A stretch of DNA of 64,000 nucleotides from an uncultured Candidatus Saccharibacteria bacterium. GTDB lineage: Bacteria; Patescibacteriota; Minisyncoccia; SW-4-49-11. A program made the translations under genes and the position numbers. The DNA is taken from NCBI GenBank assembly GCA_964633865.1, contig CAZWIJ010000002.1:64628-128627 (forward strand), written 5' to 3'. Each line of letters starts with the position of its first letter. Positions within the stretch are counted from its first letter, which is position 1. The notes under the pieces were generated by a model that saw nothing but the letters and a program-made list of their open reading frames with translations, did not search any database and was not told where the DNA came from. Shown one piece after another: positions 48,670 to 59,800 of the stretch.

Positions 48670-48743
48670 ATTTAATTTATTATCGTAAAACTTTTTACTA
48701 TTAAATAAAAAGATTACATCATCACAATGTAATCTTACTAAAT

Positions 48744-49085
48744 TCAATTCAATTTATGAAATACTTCCAATTCTTTAGAAGTATTTAACATACCATCTAC
48801 CAAATCATAGATATCCTCATCATAGAAGACATCTATAAAATCTTTATCTCCATAATAATCTGTTAAGAGCTTACAGGTGTAAGCTCTGTTTTTTGAGAGG
48901 AAAAAAACTTTTTCCTCTCTATCATATTTTCTAAAAACAAGCCTCCCTTCAAATAGAGGTCCGTCTTGTCTTATATGAAATTCCCAATTATGATTGAGAA
49001 TTCTAATACATTTAAATCCCAAAAATAATTTTTCCAAAGGAAAACTATAAAAATTTTCCAAATTTTCAAATATTCTTTTTTTCAT
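48744..49085 (-). CDS. hypothetical protein
   Basis: 113 aa ORF. Confidence 0.35.
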   Translation of the reverse strand: MKKRIFENLENFYSFPLEKLFLGFKCIRILNHNWEFHIRQDGPLFEGRLVFRKYDREEKVFFLSKNRAYTCKLLTDYYGDKDFIDVFYDEDIYDLVDGMLNTSKELEVFHKLN

Positions 49086-49321
49086 AATGAACTATTGCAA
49101 AACAACCCTAGAATTATAACATAAATAACTAAAAATGTCAATCCATATTAACTAATATTATAAATTTTTATATAAATTAAATTAGATGTAAATATTTATT
49201 GATTATTATATAAAAAAGTTCTATACTTAATAAGTACTCTAAATATTAATTATATTAAATTTAAAATATAGTAAAAATAGATGATAAAGAAAAAAGTAAA
49301 TTATTTAAATGGAACTTAATA

Positions 49322-50149
49322 ATGGGATTTTTGCACTTGGTGCAAGGACTATTTATGGCTCTAATTTCTAAAGAAAATCTCACTCAAATAAAAATTTGGC
49401 TTCCTGATGTAAATCCTGTAGGAAGAACTTTTGATCTAGTGCCAGAAAATTGGTATCAAATTAATCTTGGATATACAATATCTCTGTTTTTATTTGCATC
49501 AGCAATAGCTCATTTTATTACAATTGCACCCAAAATATTTGATTGGTATTTAGATAATTTAGCACTTAAAGTAAATTTGATCAGATGGTTTGAATATGCT
49601 ATTTCTAGCTCAATTATGGTCTATGTAATTGCTATTTTATGTGGAATTAATGATGGAATTTTATTATTTGCTCTTGTATCACTTAATGCTTGTATGAATT
49701 TATTTGGAGCTATTATGGAAATGCATAATTCCAGTTTGAGACAAATTTCTTTGATGAAGCAACTCAAAGTATATTCTACAGAGAAAATAAATGTTGATTT
49801 AGACGAAGATAAGGAGTTTAAACCAAATTGGGCTAGTTTTATTTATGGGTGTTTTGCTGGAGCTATTCCTTGGGTTATAATGGCTATTTATTTCTTCGTG
49901 TCACTAGACAGATTAGGAGATTTAGCAGAACTACCACAAAGAGTCAAAGATGTTCTCAATACTGTTAGATGGATATTCCCTATTTTATTTATATTCTTTA
50001 ACTTATTTGCTATTAACATGTATTTACAATATGAAAAAATTGGAAAATGGAAATCTTATCTGTTTGGAGAAAAAGCTTATATTATTCTAAGTTTAACTGC
50101 AAAATCTTTCCTCGCTTGGTTTATTTGGGGAGGAATTTTAAGAGGATAA
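49322..50149 (+). CDS. heliorhodopsin (7-TM retinal-binding photoreceptor, inverted topology family)
   Basis: Block-for-block match to heliorhodopsin 48C12. NLIRWFEYAISSSIMVYVIAILCGINDGILLFALVSLNACMNLFGAIME contains the counterion Glu in RWFEY. FIYGCFAGAIPWVIMAIYFF is present. YLQYEKIGKWKSYLFGEKAYIILSLTAKSFLAWFIWGGIL contains the Schiff-base Lys in SLTAKSFLAW. Both conserved His are present (LHLVQ, AIAHFIT). Confidence 0.8.
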   Translation: MGFLHLVQGLFMALISKENLTQIKIWLPDVNPVGRTFDLVPENWYQINLGYTISLFLFASAIAHFITIAPKIFDWYLDNLALKVNLIRWFEYAISSSIMVYVIAILCGINDGILLFALVSLNACMNLFGAIMEMHNSSLRQISLMKQLKVYSTEKINVDLDEDKEFKPNWASFIYGCFAGAIPWVIMAIYFFVSLDRLGDLAELPQRVKDVLNTVRWIFPILFIFFNLFAINMYLQYEKIGKWKSYLFGEKAYIILSLTAKSFLAWFIWGGILRG

Positions 50150-50329
50150 ATTTTATATCAAAAAAAGAGTACAAAATAATTTGTGCTCTTTTTTTATTAA
50201 ACAAGTTATATTCTATTGACAAAATATTTTTGATATAGTATAGTTTCTCTAGATTATACCAATAAGTTTTCATACATAAAACATATTATTGTACTATAAT
50301 CTACTGTTCTTTTACAACAAATAAAATTT

Positions 50330-50962
50330 ATGAAATTTCTAAGAAATCTTCTAATTGTTTTTCTAATCGCTTTTTTTATAATTATGTTGATATTTTATTT
50401 AGGAATACTTTTAATTCCTATTGCATTTATTTTAAAATCAGAAAAAATAAAAACAAATTCTGATCATGATATAACTTTAGATGAAGATGTGATTAATGCC
50501 ATAAATAATTATGATCTTAATATGGATGAAAAAATCCAAGTTCAGATTGAAAAAGATAAAATCTTTACAACTTCTGGGCATATAACGAACAGTTGTTCTC
50601 TATCTTTCCAAGATAAAGTTATTAATTATCTAGAGAATTTAAGGATTGAAGAGTGTCAATCATGTCTTTCAAAAATTATAAAGTTGAAAGAGGATGGTTT
50701 TGACCCTATTATAATTGGAGATGATTTTGATATCATCGCCCTTGATGGATTAATTCTATTTCAAGTTCCTGAAAATTTTGAGAAAGATAAAGACTGTAGA
50801 GTCAAAATGATCAAAAATGTTTTGATCTTTGAAATGCATATTTCAAGAAAAATTAGTATGGAAGAAAAGCAATTTTTTGCTCCTTTAGTAAAAAAAATTG
50901 CTGAGAAATTAGCCTCACAAAAAAATTTAGTTAAACACTATGATCCTATCTTATGTGTTTAA
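50330..50962 (+). CDS. hypothetical membrane-anchored protein
   Basis: 210 aa; N-terminal TM LLIVFLIAFFIIMLIFYLGILLIPIAFIL. Confidence 0.4.
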   Translation: MKFLRNLLIVFLIAFFIIMLIFYLGILLIPIAFILKSEKIKTNSDHDITLDEDVINAINNYDLNMDEKIQVQIEKDKIFTTSGHITNSCSLSFQDKVINYLENLRIEECQSCLSKIIKLKEDGFDPIIIGDDFDIIALDGLILFQVPENFEKDKDCRVKMIKNVLIFEMHISRKISMEEKQFFAPLVKKIAEKLASQKNLVKHYDPILCV

Positions 50963-51000
50963 TATAAATTAATATTTTAATTACATCTTAATCAAAATTA

Positions 51001-51033
51001 AACACAATCTTTACAAATTGTGTTTTTTATTTT
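51001..51033 (+). terminator. intrinsic terminator (aacacaat-loop-attgtgtt + T-run)
   Basis: perfect 8-bp stem followed by TTTTTATTTT. Confidence 0.55.
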
Positions 51034-51056
51034 TACAATAAAAATGCAAATATAGT

Positions 51057-51085
51057 TTGACAAAAATATCTATTTATGATAACTT
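51057..51085 (+). promoter_or_regulatory. sigma70-like promoter (TTGACA-17-TAACTT) followed by RBS AAAGGAG before ATG 51136
   Basis: consensus -35, weak -10, good Shine-Dalgarno at 51124-51130. Confidence 0.35.
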
Positions 51086-51135
51086 TACTTAGGTAATTAA
51101 TATAAATTACAGCACTTTAATAAAAGGAGAATTTT

Positions 51136-52401
51136 ATGTTTCTAGATCATTATGCTAATTTTGAGATATCTAATTTACCCAATGGGTTAAAAGTCTATAA
51201 TTATAAATGGCCTTACAATGTAGGGTATCACCGTATCGGATTAATTATCCATACTGGAAGTGATAAAGATCCTGTGGGACTTGAAGGATTAGCTCATTAT
51301 GTGGAACATATGGTTGCAAATTCTTGCAAAACAAATGAAATGGAAGATTTCTTCTCTGATAAAGGCGGATTTATTACTTTTGGCAATACAAGTTTTAAAG
51401 GAATTTCTTATAGATTTAAGACAAGTAATGATAGAGATTCAATTAAAGAGAGTCTGGAAAAATTATCTGAAATTATTTTTAATGCCAATCTAACCGAGCA
51501 AGGTTTAGAGAAGCAAAGAAATATTATTCGATGTGAATTTTTAAAATCATATCCTAATAATTTCTCTTATGAAAGAATTCTAAGAGAGCATAGCTCTGTT
51601 TATCCAAACACTTTTTTAGAAAGACTGCCTTCACTTTTAGGAAATTTAGAAACTATTACTAATATTTCTCTTAAAGATATTAAGACTTTCTATGATATTC
51701 ATTATGTCCCAGCCAATATGAGTATTGTCTCCGTTGGGAATCTTTCAATTGAAGAAATAACAAATATGCTTTCTTCTACTGAATTTGGCAGAAATTATAA
51801 TATTGGAAAATTAAATCCTAAACCAGATTTAAACCCTTCTATTATCAATCCAAAAGAGCATTTTTATGAATATGAACTTCATAAAGTACTAAAAATGGAA
51901 AAACAATATGATGATTTTTTCTCATATTCTGGAGTAACTTCTCTACCAAACACGGTTAGTTCAAAAGCAATTTATATTTATATGAATATGCTTATAACAA
52001 AACTTAATGATGTGTTCAGGGAAGACTTGGAAGCGACATATCACATTGATTGTTGTATGTATAATTTTAGACATTTTTATAATTTCCAAATTTATTCCTC
52101 TAATTTAAATTTGAGAATTCTACCTGATATCAATACTTTAATTCAAGATTGTGTAAAAGGATGTCTTTCCAAAGACAATTTTGAGAAAGAAAGAAGACAT
52201 TCATTAATGTATCTTCAATCTTTAGATGAAAAAGGTTCTGACATTTTAGACAACTCAATGGGAGATTTAGAAGATTATCATCAAATTATTACCATTCAAG
52301 ATTCACTAGATAAATATTCTAATCTAGAATTCCAAGATGTTGAGCATATAGCTTCCCTATTAAGTTCTGACAGATTATGGACTTGTATCACAAAACCATA
52401 A
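51136..52401 (+). CDS. M16 family (pitrilysin/insulinase-like) zinc peptidase
   Basis: inverted zincin motif HxxEH (GLAHYVEHMV); 421 aa. Confidence 0.7.
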   Translation: MFLDHYANFEISNLPNGLKVYNYKWPYNVGYHRIGLIIHTGSDKDPVGLEGLAHYVEHMVANSCKTNEMEDFFSDKGGFITFGNTSFKGISYRFKTSNDRDSIKESLEKLSEIIFNANLTEQGLEKQRNIIRCEFLKSYPNNFSYERILREHSSVYPNTFLERLPSLLGNLETITNISLKDIKTFYDIHYVPANMSIVSVGNLSIEEITNMLSSTEFGRNYNIGKLNPKPDLNPSIINPKEHFYEYELHKVLKMEKQYDDFFSYSGVTSLPNTVSSKAIYIYMNMLITKLNDVFREDLEATYHIDCCMYNFRHFYNFQIYSSNLNLRILPDINTLIQDCVKGCLSKDNFEKERRHSLMYLQSLDEKGSDILDNSMGDLEDYHQIITIQDSLDKYSNLEFQDVEHIASLLSSDRLWTCITKP

Positions 52402-52515
52402 TCCCAAAAGTTTAGAAATTTAACTCTAACATAATTTAAATTTATAATACTAGATTAAACAGTCTAGTATTTTTATTTATTAATTATTTACAAAAATATC
52501 AATCACTATTGATAA

Positions 52516-52788
52516 ATGATCAGTTTTGAGTATAATATACTTTGTAAATGTACTTTAACAAAAGGTAAAAAGGTGAATTTTATGACTTCAAATATTACTT
52601 TGGATGAAGGAATTGTTTCTTTATATATTGGTATCAGAGGATTTTATAATAAAAATCGAGAAGATAATTTTTGTCAATTAGAGCTATTATGTTCCAAAAA
52701 TAATTCAGGTTTATCTGACTTAATTAATTTTATTGATCTTAAAAATAGAGCTTTTTATAAGTCAAGTCTTCTATCCTTTTATTTATAA
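52516..52788 (+). CDS. small hypothetical protein
   Basis: 90 aa ORF immediately upstream of LRR gene. Confidence 0.3.
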   Translation: MISFEYNILCKCTLTKGKKVNFMTSNITLDEGIVSLYIGIRGFYNKNREDNFCQLELLCSKNNSGLSDLINFIDLKNRAFYKSSLLSFYL

Positions 52789-52791
52789 GAA

Positions 52792-53721
52792 ATGTGTAAA
52801 TCAGGAAAGAATGGTTTTTGGAAAACATCTATTCAATTAAAAAATAATCAGAAGTTAAAGATACCTCATACAATCAGGAATTTAGATTCCATTTGTATTT
52901 CAAATCTCATATCACCTGGAATTGATATATCCTCCAAAAACTTCTTTTTAGATGATTTATCTATACCTAAAAGTCATAAAGAACCCATTACTATTAGTAC
53001 AAAATCACAATATGTTGAAATAGATGAGTTGGATGCAAAATTTTGTAATAAATTTTTATTCAACTTTAAAAATACTTATGAGCTGTGTATTAATGCATTT
53101 AATACAGCTAAACATTTATGTTTTAATAATAAGTTTATAATTGGAAACAGTCTTAAATCTTTAAGAATAAAAAATAGAATATTACATCCTGAATATTTAG
53201 TTCTGAATGAAAACTTAGAGAGTCTATATATTCAAGAATTAAAATCTTGTAAAAATTTAAAGTTAAACTCTAACTTAAAGAAACTTGAGATATATTATTT
53301 AAAGACAGCTTATGGTTTAATTTTAAATGATAATTTAGAAAAACTAATTCTTCCAAATATAACTACAGCTTATGGGTTAACTTTAAATGATAATTTAGAA
53401 AGACTAATTCTTCCACATCTAATTTCTGTTAAGAATCTAATTTTAAATGAAAAATTAAAATTCTTAAAGCTAGATAGTCTAGTTAATGCTAAAAATCTCA
53501 AGTTAAATGAAAAATTAGAAATTCTAGAACTAAATGGAATCGAAAATGGAGAGGGACTAGTTTTTAACGATAAATTGAGAATTGTTCAATTTAAGAGCTT
53601 AAAAACTGCTAAAAACTTAATTTTACCTCGAAGCATTGAAAAAGTAATTATACCTAAAGTACCTTACTTATCAGCCTTGAGAAAAAATCATCCAAAAGCC
53701 CAATTTATAATTTTAAAATAA
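52792..53721 (+). CDS. leucine-rich-repeat (BspA-like LRR) protein
   Basis: multiple ~20-aa L..L.L..N…L..L repeats (NLKLNSNLKKLEIYYL, LILNDNLEKLILPNI, LTLNDNLERLILPHL…); tandem 60-bp DNA repeats at ~53290-53420. Confidence 0.55.
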   Translation: MCKSGKNGFWKTSIQLKNNQKLKIPHTIRNLDSICISNLISPGIDISSKNFFLDDLSIPKSHKEPITISTKSQYVEIDELDAKFCNKFLFNFKNTYELCINAFNTAKHLCFNNKFIIGNSLKSLRIKNRILHPEYLVLNENLESLYIQELKSCKNLKLNSNLKKLEIYYLKTAYGLILNDNLEKLILPNITTAYGLTLNDNLERLILPHLISVKNLILNEKLKFLKLDSLVNAKNLKLNEKLEILELNGIENGEGLVFNDKLRIVQFKSLKTAKNLILPRSIEKVIIPKVPYLSALRKNHPKAQFIILK

Positions 53722-53722
53722 G

Positions 53723-53768
53723 AATTATGCCCTAACCAAATATTGGTTGGGGCATAATTCTTATTTTG
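53723..53768 (+). terminator. strong intrinsic terminator (17-bp stem aattatgccctaaccaa/ttggttggggcataatt + T-run)
   Basis: near-perfect long hairpin directly after stop codon followed by CTTATTTTG. Confidence 0.6.
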
Positions 53769-53868
53769 AAAACACTGTAATTTCAATAGACACACCAAAA
53801 ACTTGCAAAACTTCAATTTTTTGTGTATTATAATGTAATATTAAATATTTTTAATCTTATTTACCCAA

Positions 53869-55674
53869 ATGAATTCACATATCCGAAATATTGCCATTAT
53901 TGCCCATGTTGACCACGGGAAAACAACTCTAATGGATGCTATCCTAAAACAAACTCAAATATTCAGAGAAAATCAAGATATGGCTGAAAGGGTAATGGAT
54001 TCTATGGATTTAGAAAGAGAAAAAGGAATTACAATCAAAGCTAAAAATGCTACTGTTCAGTACAAAGATATTACAATCAATTTGATTGACACTCCTGGTC
54101 ATGCTGATTTTGGTGGTGAAGTAGAAAGAGTTTTGAGGATGGCTGATGGGGCTTTACTTCTTATTGATTCCAAAGAAGGTCCTATGCCTCAAACAAAATT
54201 TGTGCTAAAAAAAGCACTTCAGCAAGGTATGAGAGTTGTGGTGGTTGTAAATAAAATTGACAGACCTGATGCTAATCCAGAATTTGTTATAGATAAAACC
54301 TTTGATCTATTTGGAGACTTGAATGCAAATGATACTCAATTAGATTTCCCTATTGTTTATACATCAGCAATGAATGGAACTTCTTCACTAAACTCTGAAA
54401 AACAAAATCCTGATTTGACTGATTTATTTGAGGTTATTGTAAATGAGATTCCTGCTCCTACATCTCCTATTGAATCTAGTTTTAGAATGTTAACCCTAAA
54501 TTTACAGTTTGATAAATACAAGGGAACCATGGCTGTAGGTAAAGTTGATGCTGGTATTGTCAAAAAAGGAATGTCTGTTGTTAGAATTGATAGAGAAGGA
54601 AATCAAACTAAGAATAATGTGACTGCCCTACTTAAATACTCAGGAATGAATACAGTAGAAGTTGATGAAGTTTTAGCTGGTGATATTGCAGTTGTGGCTG
54701 GAATTTCTGGAATTGAAATTGGAGATACTGTAGCAGATAGCCAAAACCCTATCCAAATTACACCTGTTGAAATCGAATTACCTACTTTACAAATGATTTT
54801 TGCTATTAATGATAGTCCTTTTTCTGGAAAAGAAGGTAAATACTCTACTTCAAGAATGATTAGAGAAAGATTATATAAAGAACAAGAAACAAATATTGCT
54901 CTTAAAGTTGAAGATACAGATAGTCCAGAGAAATTCTTAGTGTCAGGAAGAGGTGAACTTCATTTATCTGTTTTGATTGAGACTATGAGAAGAGAAGGAT
55001 TTGAATTTTCTGTTGGGAGACCACAAGTTATTTATAGAGATAATAATGGTGTTACTGAAGAACCATATGAGTTACTTAGTATCGAAGTGCCCGAAGATTA
55101 TAGCGGAAAAATAATTGAAGCCATCAACAAAAGACAAGGTGAACTTCTAAATATGGAATTAACTGAAGCTAATGAATCTAAATTAGAATATAAGATTGCA
55201 ACTCAGAATCTGATTGGACTTAGAAGTATACTACTTACCTTATCCAAAGGAACTGTAATTATGAATAGTTTATTCCTAGAATATGGTCCAAAAACAACCA
55301 ATTACAAAGGAAGAAATACAGGCTCTATTGTTTCTTTAGAAAGTGGAAAAATCACTAACTATGCTCTAGATGGAGCATCTGACAGAGGAACATTCTTTGT
55401 GAAAGATGGAACTGAAGTTTATCCTGGAATGGTGCTTGGAGAAGCTAATCAAGAGTTTGATATAGAAATAAACCCCATTAAAGCTAAAAAATTAACCAAT
55501 ATGAGAGCTTCTGGATCAGATGATGGTGTTTATATAGCTCCTCCAAGAAATCTATCTCTTGAGGCTTCAATTGAGTATTTAGCTGATGATGAATTATTAG
55601 AAGTAACACCTCTATCACTCAGAATCAGAAAGAGAATTCTTGATACAAATGAGAGAAAGAAAGCTAAGAGATAA
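53869..55674 (+). CDS. typA: translational GTPase TypA/BipA
   Basis: G1 AIIAHVDHGKTTL, G3 DTPGHADFGGEVER, NKID; 601 aa with EF-G-like domains. Confidence 0.9.
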   Translation: MNSHIRNIAIIAHVDHGKTTLMDAILKQTQIFRENQDMAERVMDSMDLEREKGITIKAKNATVQYKDITINLIDTPGHADFGGEVERVLRMADGALLLIDSKEGPMPQTKFVLKKALQQGMRVVVVVNKIDRPDANPEFVIDKTFDLFGDLNANDTQLDFPIVYTSAMNGTSSLNSEKQNPDLTDLFEVIVNEIPAPTSPIESSFRMLTLNLQFDKYKGTMAVGKVDAGIVKKGMSVVRIDREGNQTKNNVTALLKYSGMNTVEVDEVLAGDIAVVAGISGIEIGDTVADSQNPIQITPVEIELPTLQMIFAINDSPFSGKEGKYSTSRMIRERLYKEQETNIALKVEDTDSPEKFLVSGRGELHLSVLIETMRREGFEFSVGRPQVIYRDNNGVTEEPYELLSIEVPEDYSGKIIEAINKRQGELLNMELTEANESKLEYKIATQNLIGLRSILLTLSKGTVIMNSLFLEYGPKTTNYKGRNTGSIVSLESGKITNYALDGASDRGTFFVKDGTEVYPGMVLGEANQEFDIEINPIKAKKLTNMRASGSDDGVYIAPPRNLSLEASIEYLADDELLEVTPLSLRIRKRILDTNERKKAKR

Positions 55675-55753
55675 TCTTAGTCTTTTTTTTATAGAATTAA
55701 TATGTTAAGCTTATAAATAAGATTTTATTATTAAAATAAGCTTTATTTATATC

Positions 55754-56800
55754 ATGAAAAATTCTAAATTAGATCTGAATGAATGGTCAAAAAGATTAAC
55801 AAAACAGTTAGGTTATAATATAAACATAGTACAAATAAATGATTATCTAGATGGGTATCAATCAAAAAGTTATATTTTGACTGATAGCTCCAATAAAAAG
55901 TTCTTTGCAAAACAAATCAAACATAATGTGAGAGGATTTGAATATCCTGCCAAAGAAATCTCTTCTCTGATGACTAGTGGATTTATGCAAGATAATACCA
56001 AGTTATCTCCTCGCAATTTAGGTTTATTCATAAGTAAAAATTCTGAATTAGTGGGACTACCTACAATTACAACACAAGATGAGATTTATCAACTACAAGA
56101 ATTTGCGGGAGAAGGTAAATCTTATTTTGATATTTTCTTATCTAATTTAAATAAAAAATCCATTGATGATCCCGATACTGAACATTTAGATAAAATAGTT
56201 AATATCATCTCTAATATTCATCAAGTAAAACCTGACCCAAATTTAGATTATTCACTTTTATATAAAGATGGGCTTAGGAGTCTTCTTACCAACTCTGAGA
56301 TCACAACTTCTCTTTTGAGTGACTTTGATTCTGATCATCCTATCTTGAACATGGATAGTCAAAAAGAATATTTGGGTGATTTCTGGGAATTAATAAGACA
56401 TTTCGATAATAATTCTAACAGAGTTTGTGCTCTACACGGGGATTTCTGGGGAGGAAATTTATTTTTTGGAGAGAATAATAATCCTTGGATAATTGATTTC
56501 TCTAGAATACCTTGGGGTGATGCTGGAATAGATATTGGTTGGTGGTTTGGTCAATATCTTTGGTTTTACTATGAAACGAAAAACCCTTATATCAAAAAAT
56601 TAGGTAATCTATTCTTAAAAAAATATATATTGAAAAGTAAAGATAAAAAAATAAAAGAAACTATGAGTTTAGGACTCGCCGTCGCTGGTATAATTTATAT
56701 TTCACCTAAAATTCATCCTAATCTAGATCTTAAAGTCGCAAATCTATTTTGGAATCACATCAGAAAGACCATCAAAAATAAGAAATTTGACTGGGAATAG
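55754..56800 (+). CDS. aminoglycoside/choline-kinase-like phosphotransferase (APH family)
   Basis: catalytic HGDFWGGNLFF (HGD…N) and metal-binding IIDFSR (IDF/W) motifs. Confidence 0.7.
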   Translation: MKNSKLDLNEWSKRLTKQLGYNINIVQINDYLDGYQSKSYILTDSSNKKFFAKQIKHNVRGFEYPAKEISSLMTSGFMQDNTKLSPRNLGLFISKNSELVGLPTITTQDEIYQLQEFAGEGKSYFDIFLSNLNKKSIDDPDTEHLDKIVNIISNIHQVKPDPNLDYSLLYKDGLRSLLTNSEITTSLLSDFDSDHPILNMDSQKEYLGDFWELIRHFDNNSNRVCALHGDFWGGNLFFGENNNPWIIDFSRIPWGDAGIDIGWWFGQYLWFYYETKNPYIKKLGNLFLKKYILKSKDKKIKETMSLGLAVAGIIYISPKIHPNLDLKVANLFWNHIRKTIKNKKFDWE

Positions 56801-56813
56801 AGGATATTACTAA

Positions 56814-59800
56814 TTACTTACTCCAAACAATATCCATATTATCTAATTTATAATTACTTGGATAATGAGAAAAGTTTTTCTCATTACTAAATGAATAATT
56901 TCCATCTTCATTATTAACTTCTTTATATTTATTTATAGCTTTATCCATAGATTTTTCAAAAATAGTATCTGTTCTATTTGTCCTTATATGTTTATTCTTT
57001 GAAATTGCTATCTTATCAAAATCATTATCTTTAGCAAAATCTATTAAAGTGTTATTTAATTCATTAAATAGTGATTCTTGATCTACAGAATACAAATATG
57101 TACTTGATGGATTATACGATGCTGACAAAATTTTCTGTCCATCTTCATCCTTAAAATGATGTAATAATACTAATCCCACACATCTTTTATTTTCTGGATT
57201 TTGTAGCACTAACTGAAAGTAATTTGGCATATCCCATATATTCTTTTCTCCTTTATCTGGATTACAGCCTGAAACACATACTCCTCCGACCATTCTTGCA
57301 TATGAACTCAAGTCATCTTTATTTATATATCCATTTAATTTCTTTGGTTTTTTCTCTATTTTTTTACCATCTGGATCATAATCTACCATTATAAATTTAT
57401 TGACTTCTGTTTCTATTATCTCATTCTCTTCTTTATACAAATTTGTGACACTTTGTTCTATTAATCTATTAAATAGTTCTTCATCATAAATTCCATCTGA
57501 TGCTGAAATCTTTAGAGCTATTACTTCTTTTAGATTTATATCTCCTAAATGTGTTGTCATCAAATCTTGTTCTTCTCCTGTTAATTGTCTAAATGCTTCT
57601 ACTGTTTTATTTCTCTGTCCCTTTAATCTTCCATAAAATGTCTTGGTATTAGAATCACTAGAGTTTGAGACTTTCTCCTCTAAAAATCCTGTCAGACTCT
57701 CATATCTACTTATAATTTCTCTTACTCTATCTTCTGAATACTTTTCTTCTATTCTTGCTTTTTCTTCTTTTGTACTGTCTTTATTTAACCTTCTTTTAAT
57801 TAAAATATTTCTCATATCTTTTATAAATTTGTCATTTAATCCTAATTTATCTATTTGTAACTTTCCTAATTCTTGTTTTTCTCTAGCTATTCTTTCTCTT
57901 TCTTGATTTTCTTTATATACATTCTCTGTTATCTCTTGAAATATTGGGTTTTGTTTTCCTTTATCTACTATTACATTCTGGGCTTCTTTTATTGTATCTT
58001 TGTAGAATTCTGATAATCCCATTATTTTCTCATAGTCTTTTTCTATTCCTTCTTCCCCATTTTCCTGATATCTTTCTATATTATCCAAATGTGAAAAATT
58101 ATAATACAAAATGCTCTTTTTTATCTCTTCTTCTTTGATTTCTTTATTTAATCTTGAATATAATATTGCTGCATAAATTTTCTCTTCTTGACTGATTAGT
58201 TTTTCTACTTGTATACCTAATTTATTCTCTTCTCCTATTTTTACTATCATTTCTTCTATGATTTTATCCAGACTCTGACTTATTTTTTCTATTCCTCCTT
58301 CATTATATTCTCTCATTATCTCTTCTCTTTCTTTTTCTATTTTTCCCAAATTTTCTTTATCTATTTCTCTTCCTTCTCTTAACTCTAATTTACTTTTGTC
58401 CACTATATTTATTGGGTATTTTTCTTTTATCTTAAATCCTTCTAAATCTTGACTTCTGTCTTGACATGTCTTTACTGATTCATATTTACCATAACTACCT
58501 GCATTATTTGGATATGTATATTCTAATAAATCTTGGAAATATTCTTCATTTCTCTCTTCTTCTTTAACTCCTCCACTTGTCATTCTATCCATTGTATCTG
58601 TAATTTTATCTAAATATTCTGTCTCTTTTTGCTTACTCTTGGCTTCAAGGTATTCTTTTACTATTATTGTATTCAATACTGGAATTCTATTTACTAATTC
58701 CAATATATCTTCATAATTCTCTTCTTTTATGATTCCTTTTTCTTTACACTCTACATATCCCTTGATTAATTCTTTTTCAAGTCCATTATGTTTTTTTACT
58801 AACTTTACTACAAAAGAGTTTTCTTTATTATATTCCTTAAATCCTATTTTCTCGGATAATTTGTAAACTTTCATTCCCTTTTCAGAATATGACTTTATTA
58901 TTATTTCGTTTATTTCTTCAGTATTTTCTTGGAAAAATTCTTCTCTATATCCCACCTCTATGTTATCCCAATAATCTAATTCATCTGTCAAAGAATATAT
59001 ATTTTCTCCTAAAGAAATTTTTATATTATTACTTATTTTCTCTTTATTATTTTGCAAAATTTCTTTATTATAACCAGGTTTTATACTATTCCAATAATCC
59101 AATTCTTCTTCAATATATCTTATATTATACCCCGATAGAAATCTATTTTTCACTCTTTCTTCTATTTTTTCTTTATTTTTTTCAAAAAAATTCTTAGCAT
59201 ATCCTTCCTCTACTCCATCCCAATATTTTAAATCTTGTATCAAATTAGAAGAATTATATTGAGATATCATATTTTCTAACTTACTATTCATTAAATCAAA
59301 ATTATTTCTTAAAAAATTAACTTTGTAACCTTTTTCTATAATTTCCATATTATATAAGATTACATATAATGATTCTAGATTACCTGTACCTTCGTTTAAA
59401 GCATCTTGGATTCTTTGTTCTACAATAAGACTAAAGTCTTCATTGTTAATTATCCCTTCCAAATTTTTAATATCTCTTAAACTTCTTATTTGTGAAATTT
59501 CTATATCCAATTCTTTTTTATACTTATTTTTGAATTCGTCTAAATCTAAAGAACCATTATTAAATAACTCTTTAATTAATCTACGACCATCATGGTCATT
59601 TAAATAGGAAATACTTTCCACAACTTGTAAATAAAATTTCTCTTTAATTTCTTCATTAGGGAATTCTAGTTTTAAATCATTTATTTGAAAATCAATTTTT
59701 AAGTCTACAATGTTTCTGAATAAAGAATTGTCTGTTTTTCCTTTATAAATAATATAATTATTTATTATATTATTTATATCTTCATCAGATAGAGAACTTT

